64,000 nucleotides of DNA from Lama glama (taxonomy: Eukaryota), in contig CM052818.1 in the NCBI GenBank assembly GCA_028534125.1, positions 26,104,001-26,168,000 on the forward strand, in the 5' to 3' direction. The position numbers and the translations under genes are program-made. A model generated the notes under the pieces. That model saw only the letters and a list, made by a program, of their open reading frames with translations. It was not told the origin of the DNA and ran no database searches. Positions 11,708-23,330 of this stretch are shown one piece after another. How positions within the stretch are numbered: position 1 is the first letter of the stretch; every line of letters starts with the position of its first letter.

Positions 11708-13093
11708 GTAAAGCCTCCAGGAGGCTTGGGCTGGCCTTCCTCACTTCCTCTGTAAAAGGTGGGGTGGAACTAGAATGTGCCGAGGTCGCCGAGGTCGCGA
11801 CTAAGTCGCGAGATTTCGCTCGAGATTTCGCTCGAGGTCCCTGTCAGAAAGTGCGGCTCAGGAAGGCTCAGTGCGGGAGGAGACCTGAGCGCACGCAGAC
11901 CCAACCCAGCGGCGCCCTTTCGGCTCCGCATCTCTGAGTGGGTACAAATTTGTGTGAAACCTCCTGGAAAAACAAGATTTTTTTAATGCCCGCAGACCAG
12001 CCCTGATCTCCCACCCTGGCACAGGAGAAGCCAAACTGGAACGGTTCTGAAGGAAAGGGCCACGCAGTAAATATGTTAAATAAACAGCAGCCTAGACTAG
12101 TCTTAAGCGCGGATCCGAGGCTGCTCGGCCCTGAAGCTAAAAGTAAGCCGCTTGTCAGGTCTTTGTTCCCCGGTAAAGGCAGCTCTCGGAGGCAGGCCTG
12201 GCCCCACGGACGGCTAATCTCAGGCGTTAAGAAAGCGGCCAGAAACCAGCAGACTGTGCTAGGTTTATAAAACCGCCGCGCTAGGAGAAGTGTCGGTGTA
12301 AAGAATGGGAGACGCAGTAACTTTACCGAACGCAGAACAGCTTTTAAAACGGCAAATGGGAGGCACTGTGGTCCTCTAGGGCCTTGCGCTCGGCTCGGGT
12401 AGCTCACCGAATCTAAGAGTTCTGCTAAATTTCTACACGCACGAATTAAACAGATTCCCGGTAGCCTCAGACTGAGCAAATAAAACATAAATTTTACACA
12501 GGACATAGATTAGCCATTGTTTATCTGAAATTCACGTTTAACTGGGCGGCCTGTGGTGTTTTGTCCGGCAACCTTACCCCGGGGTTTTATCATTCAAGGC
12601 AAATCTTGATAGCCAGAAATCCTGGTTGTGCACTTCCTTGGCGCACGGGTAGGCGGTAGGGGAAGCTGAATTTGTGGCGCCTTTAGAAACTGGAAAGTAA
12701 AGACAGCTTCTTTTGTTGTTAGATCCCACTAAATTAGACTATTACATTTCCTTAGATACTGTACAGCTGCTTTCACAATTTTTTGGTATATTTAAAATCA
12801 CTTCAGTATTAATATAGAAACACATATGGAGGAGCGGCAGAAATCGAATAAAGAGAAGTCAGGAGTGATAGATCAGGAAGACAATGATTCTAAAATGAAT
12901 TCAACAGGTCTTTTACATCCCCTGATTTGCACGTTATTTTTTGAAACGTCTTTTCCACTTGAAACCACATTGAAATCTTTCTGCGTGTACTCCAATTGGG
13001 CAGCAAAAGGAAATAAAACAATTTTGGGGTCGCTTTCAATTCAATAAAGCTGATGAGTCCCTTTTTTTTCTTTTTAGTGAAAAGACAATATGA

Positions 13094-13284
13094 CAGATGG
13101 CAAATTACACTCCCTATTTAAGTTTTATGAGAATATAGCTATGCCCATTCATTTATGCACTGTCTATGGGTACTTTCACATTACAGCACAAGGCAGAGTT
13201 GAATAGTTGTGAGGCAGAGAGTTTGACCTACAAAGCCTAAAATATTTACTATCTGGCCCTTAGGAAAAAGTTTGCAGACTCCTG
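13094..13284 (+). mobile_element. MER58A-like hAT-Charlie MITE in CYP1B1 intron 2
   Basis: 'gcccattcatttatgcactgtctatgg..gcagagttgaatagttg..caaagcctaaaatatttactatctggccctt..aaaaagtttgcagactcctg' is typical of MER58. Confidence 0.75.
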
Positions 13285-14444
13285 AAGTATGATGCTAAAG
13301 AAGCAATTTTTAAAATCACCCATACTTTCATCAAATACATGCTTACATTTTTTTCAGAGTTGCAATAATTATTTACAAATGTTTTGGCGTCTGACATTTC
13401 CATTTACTGCAGTGGACGCTTCCTCATCTCTTAAACTTTATTTTAGTAATTTTTGATGGCTACGTAGTATTTTGCCATAGTAACATATCGTTGGATATTG
13501 CCATCTCTTGTACTTTAACGTTCTAGATTGCATTTTTAAAATATCAGCTATTGTAGCTATATATTTTGGACCTGCTAAGTTATTGCTTGAAAATACATTT
13601 CTAGGCATGGATTCCTGGGTTTAAAAATGTTGGGGAGGAGTTACCCTTATGGATCTTGCTTTGTAATAAGATTTTGTTTTCCAAAAAGATTGTTCTGGTT
13701 TTATCAGCAACAGTGAATAAGCATTCCAGTTTGTACCATAATTTCATGAACATTGGGGACTTGCTTTTAAATTTAGAAGTTATGTAGCTTTATCTATCAG
13801 GGTATCAATTACCTTTGTATAAAATGAGAACAATGTGTCTGCTGGAATTGTCTAGGGAGATGAGGAAAAAAAGGAACCGCTTTCAGGACAACACTTTAAT
13901 TTTTGTGAGCCCAGCGTGCTTTTGCCTTTGCAGACTCCTTAGTCCATAAACAAATTTTTAAGTAAATATTATGACTACATTGGTATAAAGAAAGATATAT
14001 TACAATTATGTATTAAAACATTTTCTTTGACTTAAAAGTTCATTTTCTTCTGATTTTAAGAGAAATGAAAACATTTTCGTGGGTCCTTAGGCACAGCCCC
14101 AGCCGTGACTAATGGAAAAGTCGGCCTCCATTGCTGCGCTTTTTCAGACTGAGAAAACTTATAAAGTCTTTTTTTTTTTTCCTGACTTATGATAGGAAAG
14201 AGAGTTTGAGCCACTGGAGGCTTATTACAAGAAATACAACTTGTATTCTATCTTATAATTCAGTGGTAAATTAAGAAACTGTTTTAGGTTGTTTTGTTGT
14301 TGTTGGAAATGTTCATTCACTTACTGATTCAGATAGCCAGTTTAAAGAAAAGTGATATTAAAATAAATTGCAATGTGTTTTCTAGATAAAAGAAGAATTC
14401 GTTTTCCTCACTCCTTTCCTCTCTCTGCATTAAAAATCAAATAG

Positions 14445-15033
14445 GTATCCAGAAGTGCAGACGCGGGTACAGGCGGAACTGGACCAAGTGGTGGGTCGGG
14501 ACCGCCTGCCCTGCCTGGATGACCAGCCCCACCTGCCCTACGTCATGGCCTTTCTTTATGAAGCCATGCGCTTCTCTAGCTTTGTGCCAGTCACCATCCC
14601 TCACGCCACCACGGCCAGCGCGTCTGTCTTGGGCTACCACATCCCCAAGGACACAGTGGTTTTTGTTAACCAGTGGTCCGTGAATCATGACCCGGTGAAG
14701 TGGTCTAACCCAGAAGACTTTGATCCAGTCCGATTCTTGGACAAGGATGGCTGCATCAACAAAGACCTGGCCAGCAGCGTGATGATTTTTTCAGTGGGCA
14801 AACGGCGGTGCATCGGGGAAGAGCTTTCCAAGATGCAGCTGTTTCTCTTCATCTCCATCCTGGCTCATGAGTGCAATTTCAGGGCCAATCCAGACGAGCC
14901 CCCGAACGTGGATTTTAATTACGGCCTGACCATTAAACCCAAGTCATTCAAAATCAATGTCACCCTCAGAGAGTCCATGGAGCTCCTTGATCACACTGTG
15001 CAAAAGTTACAAGCCGAGGAAGACTGCCACTAA
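14445..15033 (+). CDS. CYP1B1: Cytochrome P450 1B1, second coding exon (exon 3)
   Basis: Acceptor aaatag|G TAT CCA gives R-YPEVQ in frame with exon 2. Contains K-helix EAMR, meander PVRF, heme motif [10 protein letters not shown] (14788-14817) and stop TAA at 15031-15033. Total CDS 1022+589 = 1611 nt = 536 aa. Confidence 0.98.
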
Positions 15034-17840
15034 GAAGCCAGAGGCAAGCAGAAATGTGATAAGTACTTGGGGCATGGGGAGTAAAATTAGCATGTTTGTT
15101 TGTTTTTTTTTCCTGGCTCCTCAGTTAGCCTCTAAAGTGAGCATATACCAACTGACCCGCAGATAATGTGCTTCACGCACGTGTCCTCAGAATGGCACCT
15201 CGTGAGTGCTGGGCTGTGCAGAGGCTCTGGGAGAGTTTTGGAGTCAAAGAGTGAAAGGGCCCAAAGAATTTTTATACATACCTAATGCTGGTAATAATAA
15301 TTTCTTGAGGGAGCATTCTTTGGAGTTAAAAAAAACATGAGCACACATACAGAACTACCTGATTTCAGTAGCCACACTGTGCAGGGTGGGATCCAAATTT
15401 GATGTTCTGTGTGCACAAGTCAGCTCCATAGAAATTTGTATTAAGCAAAGTTTCAGAAAATGTTGTTAAATGCACAAAGGCAAATAATTTCAGTGTAAGA
15501 TACGTGATTTGGGGTGATAAGGGAAAAGGTGAAGACCAGAAATTCCCTTCTCACCTTTTCAAAGAAACAGCTTAGTTAGACGCTAATATCTATGGGTGGA
15601 TTTCTCTTTTTGCTCACTGATATTCTTTCTCTTACTTTTTGGGTCATCATAGAGTCATTTGCTTGAGAAGAAATTAATAGTAATTGATTTAGTGGGTTTC
15701 AGTGATTTATTATGAATTTTTAAGTGAAAATTGTTTAATTGTAAACAATTCCAAGCTGAAACCATACCTCTCTTGGGTGCCAGAGTACAGAATTTCAATT
15801 ATGAGCAAAAACAAAAACAAAAAATTTCTTACCAGCTCAACTAAGCTTTAAATTATATGATTGTAATGTACTGATTTCAGTAACTGTCATATGTTAAAAA
15901 AAGTCACCGAATAGTATTCAAAGTATATACATATATTACATAATTATCCATAAGCAATTATATATTAGATACTTTAGTATTAAGTAGTATTAGTTATTTT
16001 GGTCAAGTAAAGGTTGAACAATGTCTTTTATAATGTCATAGCAAATAAAAAATACAACCAATTTAACCAGTTTTGGTTCAAATACATGATAGGAGCTTGA
16101 TTAAATCAGCCACTTATTTTTGACATCATGGAAACCGAGTTGAAGCAGTCTCTTCTCTCATTCAAAACTTGGATGAGAATTGAAAAAAATCTCAAAATTG
16201 GATCTGTAAAATGTGTTCCTTATCACTTGACAACATATATATTAAAATTACATTCACAATACAGAATCTCTTTGAAATTGATCTAGTTAATATGTTATCA
16301 TTCCAAACTCTTGGCATGCTTAAAATTTAATTTAATTTTAAAGCTATTCTGATTATTGCATTCCAGTTTAAGTTACTGGAAATCTGACCATTAGCCTGTG
16401 GAAGGCTGAGAGATTTAACCTATGTCTGCCGGATGAATAGTGAAAAATGCAATGAATTATCTGGATGTTCTCTATTAAATAAACTAGGGGGCAATTTCCC
16501 ATTATAATGGAGTTAGTTTCTCTTTTAAATGAGTTTTTAAAAGGTAGCATTGGTGTTTGTGTTTTGGGAAGTGAGAATCTGTCTTGGGAGGTTGTGTTGA
16601 GGATTGCATTGTGTTTCAGTGGAGTCAGTCAGATCAGATGTACTGCTTGAGATGGCCAATGCAGTGAGCAGTCACTTTGGTAAGTGTGAAAACATAAAGC
16701 TTGAACAAAATGTTGATGTTCGGTTTATGTAAATAACCTGAAAACCTTTTTAAAAAAAAGTGACGGAAGATCGCAAAAGTACAAAGTGAAGTTTGAAGTT
16801 GGAACTTTTGGTGCTTGTAAACATCCAAAGGAAGTTGTGGAGTTGTGCTGGGTCCTAAAAGCTTACTGCTTGTTACATTTTATTAAGCTTTTTGGAATCT
16901 TTTTATCAAAATGATAAAGGAAGGAGTGTATGATGGTTCTGTGTGGGAGTGGTAAGAGAAAAGAATGGAAAAGAAAAATGATTAAACATTTCTCCACTCA
17001 TTTAAAATTAATTTGAAGTATGACTACAAAAAAGATGTTTTGCATGCAGTGTTAAATCCCAAGTAGATGAAAAAGAAGTCTACAACACAGCAGCTCAATT
17101 TTATAAATTGAAATTTTTATTAATACAAATTTGATGTAATTTTAATTTATAAAACCTTACAGCCTAATCTCTTGAATATGAAAAACTGTGCCAGTATTTT
17201 TAAAGGCACTAAAGTCATCTATTGAAATCAGGCTTACCCAATGCATTTCAATTTTTTGGACACTAACTATTCTAAAACATTGTTATCCACCCTTCCCTGC
17301 CCCTGGAGCAGGGTGAGATGGTAATTTGGGGCTGCCCTAGCCTACTTGCTCTGAGAGATGTGTGGCTGCAAAAGTAACATGTACCAATCTGAATGCCTCA
17401 TTAAGTCAACCAGGTCCAGATGTGCTGTAATCTGTTTTTATGTGTGTAGGTTCAGTTCATCTGCTTGTGGACATAGAAGAAAGTAAGGTGGGCGCGGGGA
17501 GGTTTCCTGGCTTATTTAATATGTTTGTAACCCAGTTGAAGGAAGGAAAGCAAAACCAAAACAAACAAATAAAAAGAACCACATTTAGGGGCTACCGTAA
17601 TCAGGTTACTGGCTTAATCAGAAAACCTCATTTAATTTCTGCTAGAGAAAGTGTATTTGCCTGTCACCGCTTTAGACAGAACATCTACTCAAGGTTATTG
17701 CAATAGTTAAAGTATATCGTTCATTAAATGCTTCATTTATATATCAAAGTTTTGATTTTGTAAGAAAATTGCTTTTTTCCCAAAACAAGAGGAAGATGTC
17801 TCAGGTTTGTTTTGTGGTTTATCTAAAAGCTTTCATGTCT

Positions 17841-17864
17841 CAGAACTTAGCCTTTACCTGTGAA
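17841..17864 (+). promoter_or_regulatory. miR-27a/b recognition element in the CYP1B1 3' UTR
   Basis: CAGAACTTAGCC-TTTAC-CTGTGAA against the reverse complement of miR-27b-3p (GCAGAACTTAGCCACTGTGAA): 12-nt 3' pairing, a bulge and the seed. miR-27b regulation of human CYP1B1 is established. Confidence 0.9.
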
Positions 17865-18211
17865 ATGCTATTACAGCCTTAATATTTTCATATTAGATCT
17901 ATATTAGATCAGATAGTTGCACTGCATCATATATTAATTTGAATGTTTTTTAGCTATGACACAACAGTGTAATGCAAAGGTATGCTTTAGTACATGTATA
18001 TCCAAGGATAAGTTCATACTTAACCTTTTCTTATTTTTGTACTTTATCATGTATGCTTTTCATATGTACACAGCAGCTATAATACATTGTTGTAACTGAA
18101 ATAGATTTTGGGGACACAGCATTAATATGTGGCTTTTACTGCTTGATACACCAAATTAAAAAAAAAATTCTGTATCTGTAATTACCTATGATAGGACACC
18201 ATTTCCAAAAT

Positions 18212-18217
18212 AATAAA
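18212..18217 (+). terminator. CYP1B1: Distal polyadenylation signal of CYP1B1
   Basis: AATAAA followed ~25 nt later by a U-rich tract 'gtttttctttatgttgt'. Confidence 0.7.
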
Positions 18218-18431
18218 AATCACTTTCATAATCTTGTTAGGAAGTTTTTCTTTATGTTGTAGCAAATATAGTCTAAGGTATCCATTCATTTCAACTACTT
18301 TTTATAAGTGCTTGACTTAAAATGTTGCCTTGTAAATATTTCCTTTGGCCATTCTACATCTTAGGCTGCTTGCCTTTTTTCTTTTTAATAAGGTTTCCAC
18401 ATCCAGTTTGCTACCAAATTCTTGATCTCTC

Positions 18432-18760
18432 TTTTTTTAATTGAAATACAGTTGATGCACAATATTATATTAGTTTCAGGTGTACAGCATAGTACATAGA
18501 TTCAATATTTTCATAGATTATGCTCCATTTAAAGTTATTACAAAATAATGGCTATATTCCCTGTGTTGTACAATATAACCTTGTAGCTTATTTATTTTAT
18601 ACATAGTAGTTGTACCTCTTAATCCCAAAGTCCTAACCTGCCCATCGCCCCTTCTCTCTCCCCACTGGTACCCATTAGTTTGTTCTCTATATCTGTGAGT
18701 CTGTTTCTGTTTTGTTGTATACATTCATTTGTTTTACTTTTTAGACTCCGCATATGTGAT
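18432..18760 (-). mobile_element. L1 3' end fragment (laurasiatherian/artiodactyl type)
   Basis: 'ttttttaattgaaatacagttg..tagtttcaggtgtacagcatagt..ctatattccctgtgttgtacaata' is the reverse complement of an L1 3' UTR and tail. Confidence 0.85.
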
Positions 18761-20989
18761 AAGTTTTAAATTTATAAGAATCAACAAGGAAGTTAAATTT
18801 CAATGGCAAATGCCTAGTAAAATAGGAATGAATTTTTAATTTTGAGAGATAGTATAGATTGGAACTTTAAGATTCTGACCTTATATTTCTGCTTCATCTA
18901 AAAAATGCAGGACATGTTTCCCCCGCCTCAGCAGCACACCAGTCCTTTTCCTTGAGTATTCCATTCATTCATTTTTTTTTGACATGAAAGCTTTTGTTTT
19001 TAATTTGGTTGATAAATATTCATTCATTCATTCAGTTTTTTCAACAGACATGTGCCTTAATTAATAAGCACAATTAATGTCCAGTAAAATAGAATGGATG
19101 GTAGTACTCTGTAATATACTCTGTGGAAATATTTTTCTGCTGATCTTTTTTACCTGGTAAAAGACTTCCCAGGGCCCTGCTGGGACTCTCCGGGCTTTCC
19201 CGCTCCCCCCTCTCCTCAGATGGCAGGGCCATATTGTGCCAAGGACCTCATTTCTTCCAGACTTTTGCTCCCATTATTGTGAAATCAGGAAGAGTAATTG
19301 TGAAGTACAGTTGCACAGTGTCGTTGATACTTTGGCTTGAGAACATCACTTTAGCAGCCAGAAGGTATGGCTATGCACTGGTGTAAGAGAATACTCATTT
19401 GTTTTCCAGCTGTACTGACCTGGGCTCTTGGAAATGATCAGAAAGGGTTCAGGACAAGTGAAATAAATATTTTCATAGGAAAAAGTGTCTTAAAAAATGG
19501 TAATTGGGGTCAGGTGTTTGCAAGAATGTCAAGCAGAACTGGATTCTACCCGATCAATCTGGTAGAATATAAGGCTAGAACACAGGGAGGGAAATGCATG
19601 CAGCCTTGGACATAAAACAGGCGTGGTTGCTGCAAACTCGCAGATTGTTTCTATAACCTCAAAGCCAGTCAGTTTCTCTGCATCAGTGCTACAGACCTTT
19701 TGGCTGTTAATTCTCCCTTATTTTGATGCACATACTCTCTAATCGCAAGTTTTGATGAATTAGTTATAATTCTCAAAGGAAGAGAAAAAATTTAATATAT
19801 TCAAATACATTTGGAAGCAATTATTTTTAATGGGAAAGACTGGAGGAGAATAAGCTAGTTTAAGTAGGTCTGGGGAAGCTAGGTAGTCAGCGCCTTACAC
19901 TCCCAGCGCCTTTACTCACTCACACACAGGCTGTGCGGTCGTCACTAACACTTTTCAGCATGAGTCAAGCATAAGGGAAAGAAATGAAACGAAAATTGGT
20001 TGAGCATTTATGGTCCATCACTGTGCTAAGCGTGTGAAGGCACTATCACACAGCAGTCCTGTGAAGGAGACGGTAGTGTCGTGCCAAAATTATACTTGGA
20101 AAAGTGGCAGTGTCTGGTTTTCCCTAGAGATGAACGGAGTCCACAGCTCGCTGTCTTTGGACTAGAGAACTGGTCACTTCCCAACCTGCCTGGATTTAGG
20201 TATACAGTCTAGTCCATCGATTTTTCAGTCCCTGGAGTTTCACAAGCAATGCTTCTCCTTTGTCTAAGGGCACATTTCACACTGAAGTGAAGTCCTAGGA
20301 AGACTCACAAGACTCCTCGCTTCTGAGAGAAGCATCCTCAAGCAAAAAAATTAAAAAAGAGGTGGTGAGGCAGGGTGAGGTGGGGCAACATGCTTTGGTT
20401 TATAATCTGAAAACCTCTCTCCCATAATCTGTGGGCCAGGGGCTTTTTGCCTGAGCCAAAGGCCATCCACAGGTTGGACCAGTTGCCCGTGAAGTGGCTT
20501 GACTCAAGAACTCTCTCTGATAGGAGGGGAGGAGTGCACCACACTGGATACTGGCTCAGGTGATCAATCACTTTTCCTGCTCTCAGAGACCCTGACTGAA
20601 TAGGATTAAATAGGATAGCTCCGCTCTTTGGCCAGGGAGACAGTGCCTACAAAGGCATGACTGAGAGGAGAGCTGACGGGAAGCCTGCCTTAGCTAACGG
20701 CGTGACTGAAGCTACTGGAGCTACTGGAGCTGGTTTTGGACCACTTGCGATCCCTTCAGGTGACGGAAAGGCTAAATAAACCAATGAATGAAATATTGGA
20801 TGCTACATAAACAACACAATATTACACAAATTACACAATATTCCAGCACATGCCCAACAGCCCCTGAGGGCCCGGGCTCAGAGTCAACCTACCAAACTGA
20901 AAAACCTTCCAGCCTCTTTTTAAAATTTTAAATTCTGCTTTTATTCCTCTTTGCCTACTTTGGTTTCTTTCCTGCTCCCTCTCAATAGT

Positions 20990-21480
20990 TCCTAATGTGT
21001 ACTTTTTGCTTGTATGTGTTCTACCAAAATGTGCATTTTTTGTGTTTTGTATACATGTGTTTTTAATTTGTGTAAATGCTGTTCGTATCGCATCTCATTG
21101 CTTCATCTTCTCTTAGCACATTATTTTAAAGTCCCTTTCCTGTCTACTCCCATGGTTTCTAACTGCTGCCTAGGATTCCATGTTCATCCACCACTTTTTC
21201 TCTACTCACTCTCTTGGGAACGAGCCCCCAGACGGCCTCCAGCTTCGTGCACCCCCAGCCAGTGCTGCAAGGAACATCCTTGTGCGTGTTCCCTTGCCGA
21301 CCTAGAAAAAATTTGTAATACACACCATACCCGTGATTAGAACTGCTAGGTAAGCAAATCTATGTCTACATAATGTAAGTGCTGTTGGAACATTCTGCAG
21401 AATGCCAAACCAGCCCACACACCCATCAGCTGTGCATGAGGGTTCCTTTATACCTGCTTCCCCACAGACATGTAGCATGA
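20990..21480 (-). mobile_element. Old L1 (L1ME-like) 3' fragment
   Basis: 'gctgcaaggaacatccttgtgcgtgtttcc..tagaactgctagg..ccacacacccatcagctgtgcatgagggttcc'. Confidence 0.55.
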
Positions 21481-22109
21481 CCTCATTTAAAAATAAAATG
21501 AACTATACCCTTGAGGAAGGGGTAATGCATTAAATAGATTTTTTTCAAACCAGAAAAAAAGAGTAACATCCACTCATGTTTTGATACTCCCTGTAGCTCT
21601 ATTTGTGTTTCTATCGTATCGCCTCTCTTAGATGGTACATTCATTGAAAGCAGGGTCTGGGTCCACACACTCTGTTACTGAAAGGTTCTTGTGTGTGAAA
21701 GTATGAGTGATCAGAGGTGTGAGTTATGTTAAACCTGCTTCTCTGCACTGATGAGATCTTTACCTCTCCCTGTTTTCAGTTGGTACCGGTGAAGTCCATC
21801 TCAGTTTCTTCTCCCAGCTGTAGTGTTGAGATAATTTAAGGTTTCTAGGTTTCCTCTAAGTCTCTCTGAAATGAGCAGATATGGGGTCTCCATCCTTTAG
21901 GGTGAACAGTAGTTTTTAAACATCTTTTTTTTTTACCATAACCCACAGTATGAAATATATTTTGCATTGTAACTTAGTACATACCTAGTGTGTATGTTCT
22001 AAGAGATTGTGTGTACTTACATACATATATACTTACATAAAAACAGTATTTACCACTGCTTTCTGGGATGCAGTCTATTTTCAAATATATTTATTATTCT
22101 TCACGAAAA

Positions 22110-22750
22110 AATGCACCATGGTGAGATAACACTACAAACCTATGAGAGTGACTAAATCAAAAACAAACACAAAACCCCAAACCAAAACTGATAATAACAA
22201 ATGCTGGAGAGAATGTGAAGCTACTGGAACTGTCAAACATTGCTGGGGTGGTGGGGGTGAGGAGGGCAAAATGGAACAGAAGGGCTCAGCGATCTCACTC
22301 CCAGATATTTATCCCAGAGAAATGAAAACTCATTTACATAAAAGCTTTACATGAATATTTAAAAAGCTCTAATCACAATCACTGAAAACTGGAAACGACC
22401 TAAGTGTCCTTCAGCAAGTGATTGGCTAAACAAGTCACGTTACATCCGTGCAGTGGAATGACACTCAGCAATAAAAAGAATGAACTGTTGGTCCGTGCAA
22501 CAACTTACATGAACCTCAAGAGGATATTCTTGAGTAAAAGAAGTCAGCCTCAAACAGTTATATGCTATATGAATCCAGTTATATGACAGTGTCAAAAAGT
22601 CAAGATTAAAGGGATGGAGAACATATCACGGTTTGCCAAGGGTTTGGGGTGGAGGAACGTACAATGGAATTTTGGGGGGTTTTCTGATTGTGGTGGTGGT
22701 TATAGGGATTATACTGTGTTAAATTTCATAAAACTGTACAGTAAAATAGA
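22110..22750 (+). mobile_element. Old L1 (L1MD/ME-like) ORF2 end and 3' UTR fragment
   Basis: 'actgataataacaaatgctggagagaatgtg..atttatcccagagaaatgaaaac..aaactggaaacgacctaagtgtccttc..actcagcaataaaaagaatgaact'. Confidence 0.8.
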
Positions 22751-23049
22751 TTGAAAAGTATTTCTAAGGGAGGATTGGTGCAAGTAAGCTTAAATGAAGC
22801 TGAATTAAGGTTGACAGATAGAATTACAGCTGCTGGCAGACATAGAAGTATTGAACCAACGAAGTCCGGCCCAGATGTGTGAACCAGGGTGACGGCCAAT
22901 ATTGATTGAGTTCTTACAGGCTGGGGGAAAAGGGTGGTACCAGGTTCTCAGGGCAGAACAGGAAAATAGACCACCAGCTGGTGGGATGAACAATAGCAGC
23001 TAAAGCTGTGGGCTGAAATTGCCACTCAGGGCAATTTTAATTCAATACC

Positions 23050-23330
23050 ATCAGTGTTAATTGAGCACCTACTAGGTGGCAGTTTCCATTAGGAGCTTTG
23101 GGGATATTACAGTGAGCAAGACACCCAGGTCCTGAGTTCTTAGAGCTGATATTTTAGTGGGGGGGGTGGGTGCAGAGAACATAAATAGGATTGGGTTAAT
23201 TGTAAGTGCTGTGAAGACAGTAAAAGGGTGAGGTGTGCATGTGTCTGTGTCTGTGTGTTGCAGGTACTCTTCAGAATGAGTAGTCAAGGAAGTCTTTCTG
23301 AAGGAGGCAACATGATGGGACATTTCCTCT
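23050..23330 (-). mobile_element. L2 3' end remnant
   Basis: 'attgagcacctactaggtg..ggggatattacagtgagcaagacac..agtcaaggaagtctttctgaaggaggcaacat'. Confidence 0.6.

Larger units (their letters stand above)
8690..12400. other. CpG island spanning the CYP1B1 enhancer, promoter, exons 1-2 and the start of intron 2
   Basis: Visibly high GC and CpG density against CpG-depleted flanks. Edges approximate. Confidence 0.85.
15034..18235 (+). other. CYP1B1: CYP1B1 long 3' UTR (~3.2 kb)
   Basis: AT-rich stretch with no obvious interspersed repeats, ending at AATAAA 18212-18217 followed by T/GT-rich sequence. CYP1B1 mRNA is known to have a ~3 kb 3' UTR. Cleavage site approximate. Confidence 0.75.

Noticed and set aside
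8559..12506. Many long overlapping sense and antisense ORFs (e.g. 281 aa, 212 aa, 191 aa)
   Set aside because: Expected from the scarcity of stop codons in a GC-rich island and opposite a GC-rich CDS. No recognisable domains. A divergent lncRNA cannot be shown from sequence alone.
14455..15033. Stand-alone 192-aa P450 ORF
   Set aside because: It is exon 3 of CYP1B1, and its GTG is an internal Val codon.
18814..18897. Possible distal alternative last exon of RMDN2 on - (ttttttag|ATGAAGCAG.., 27 codons) near the CYP1B1 3' end
   Set aside because: Only a generic acceptor-like motif with no homology support. It would need RNA-seq junctions from 56969.
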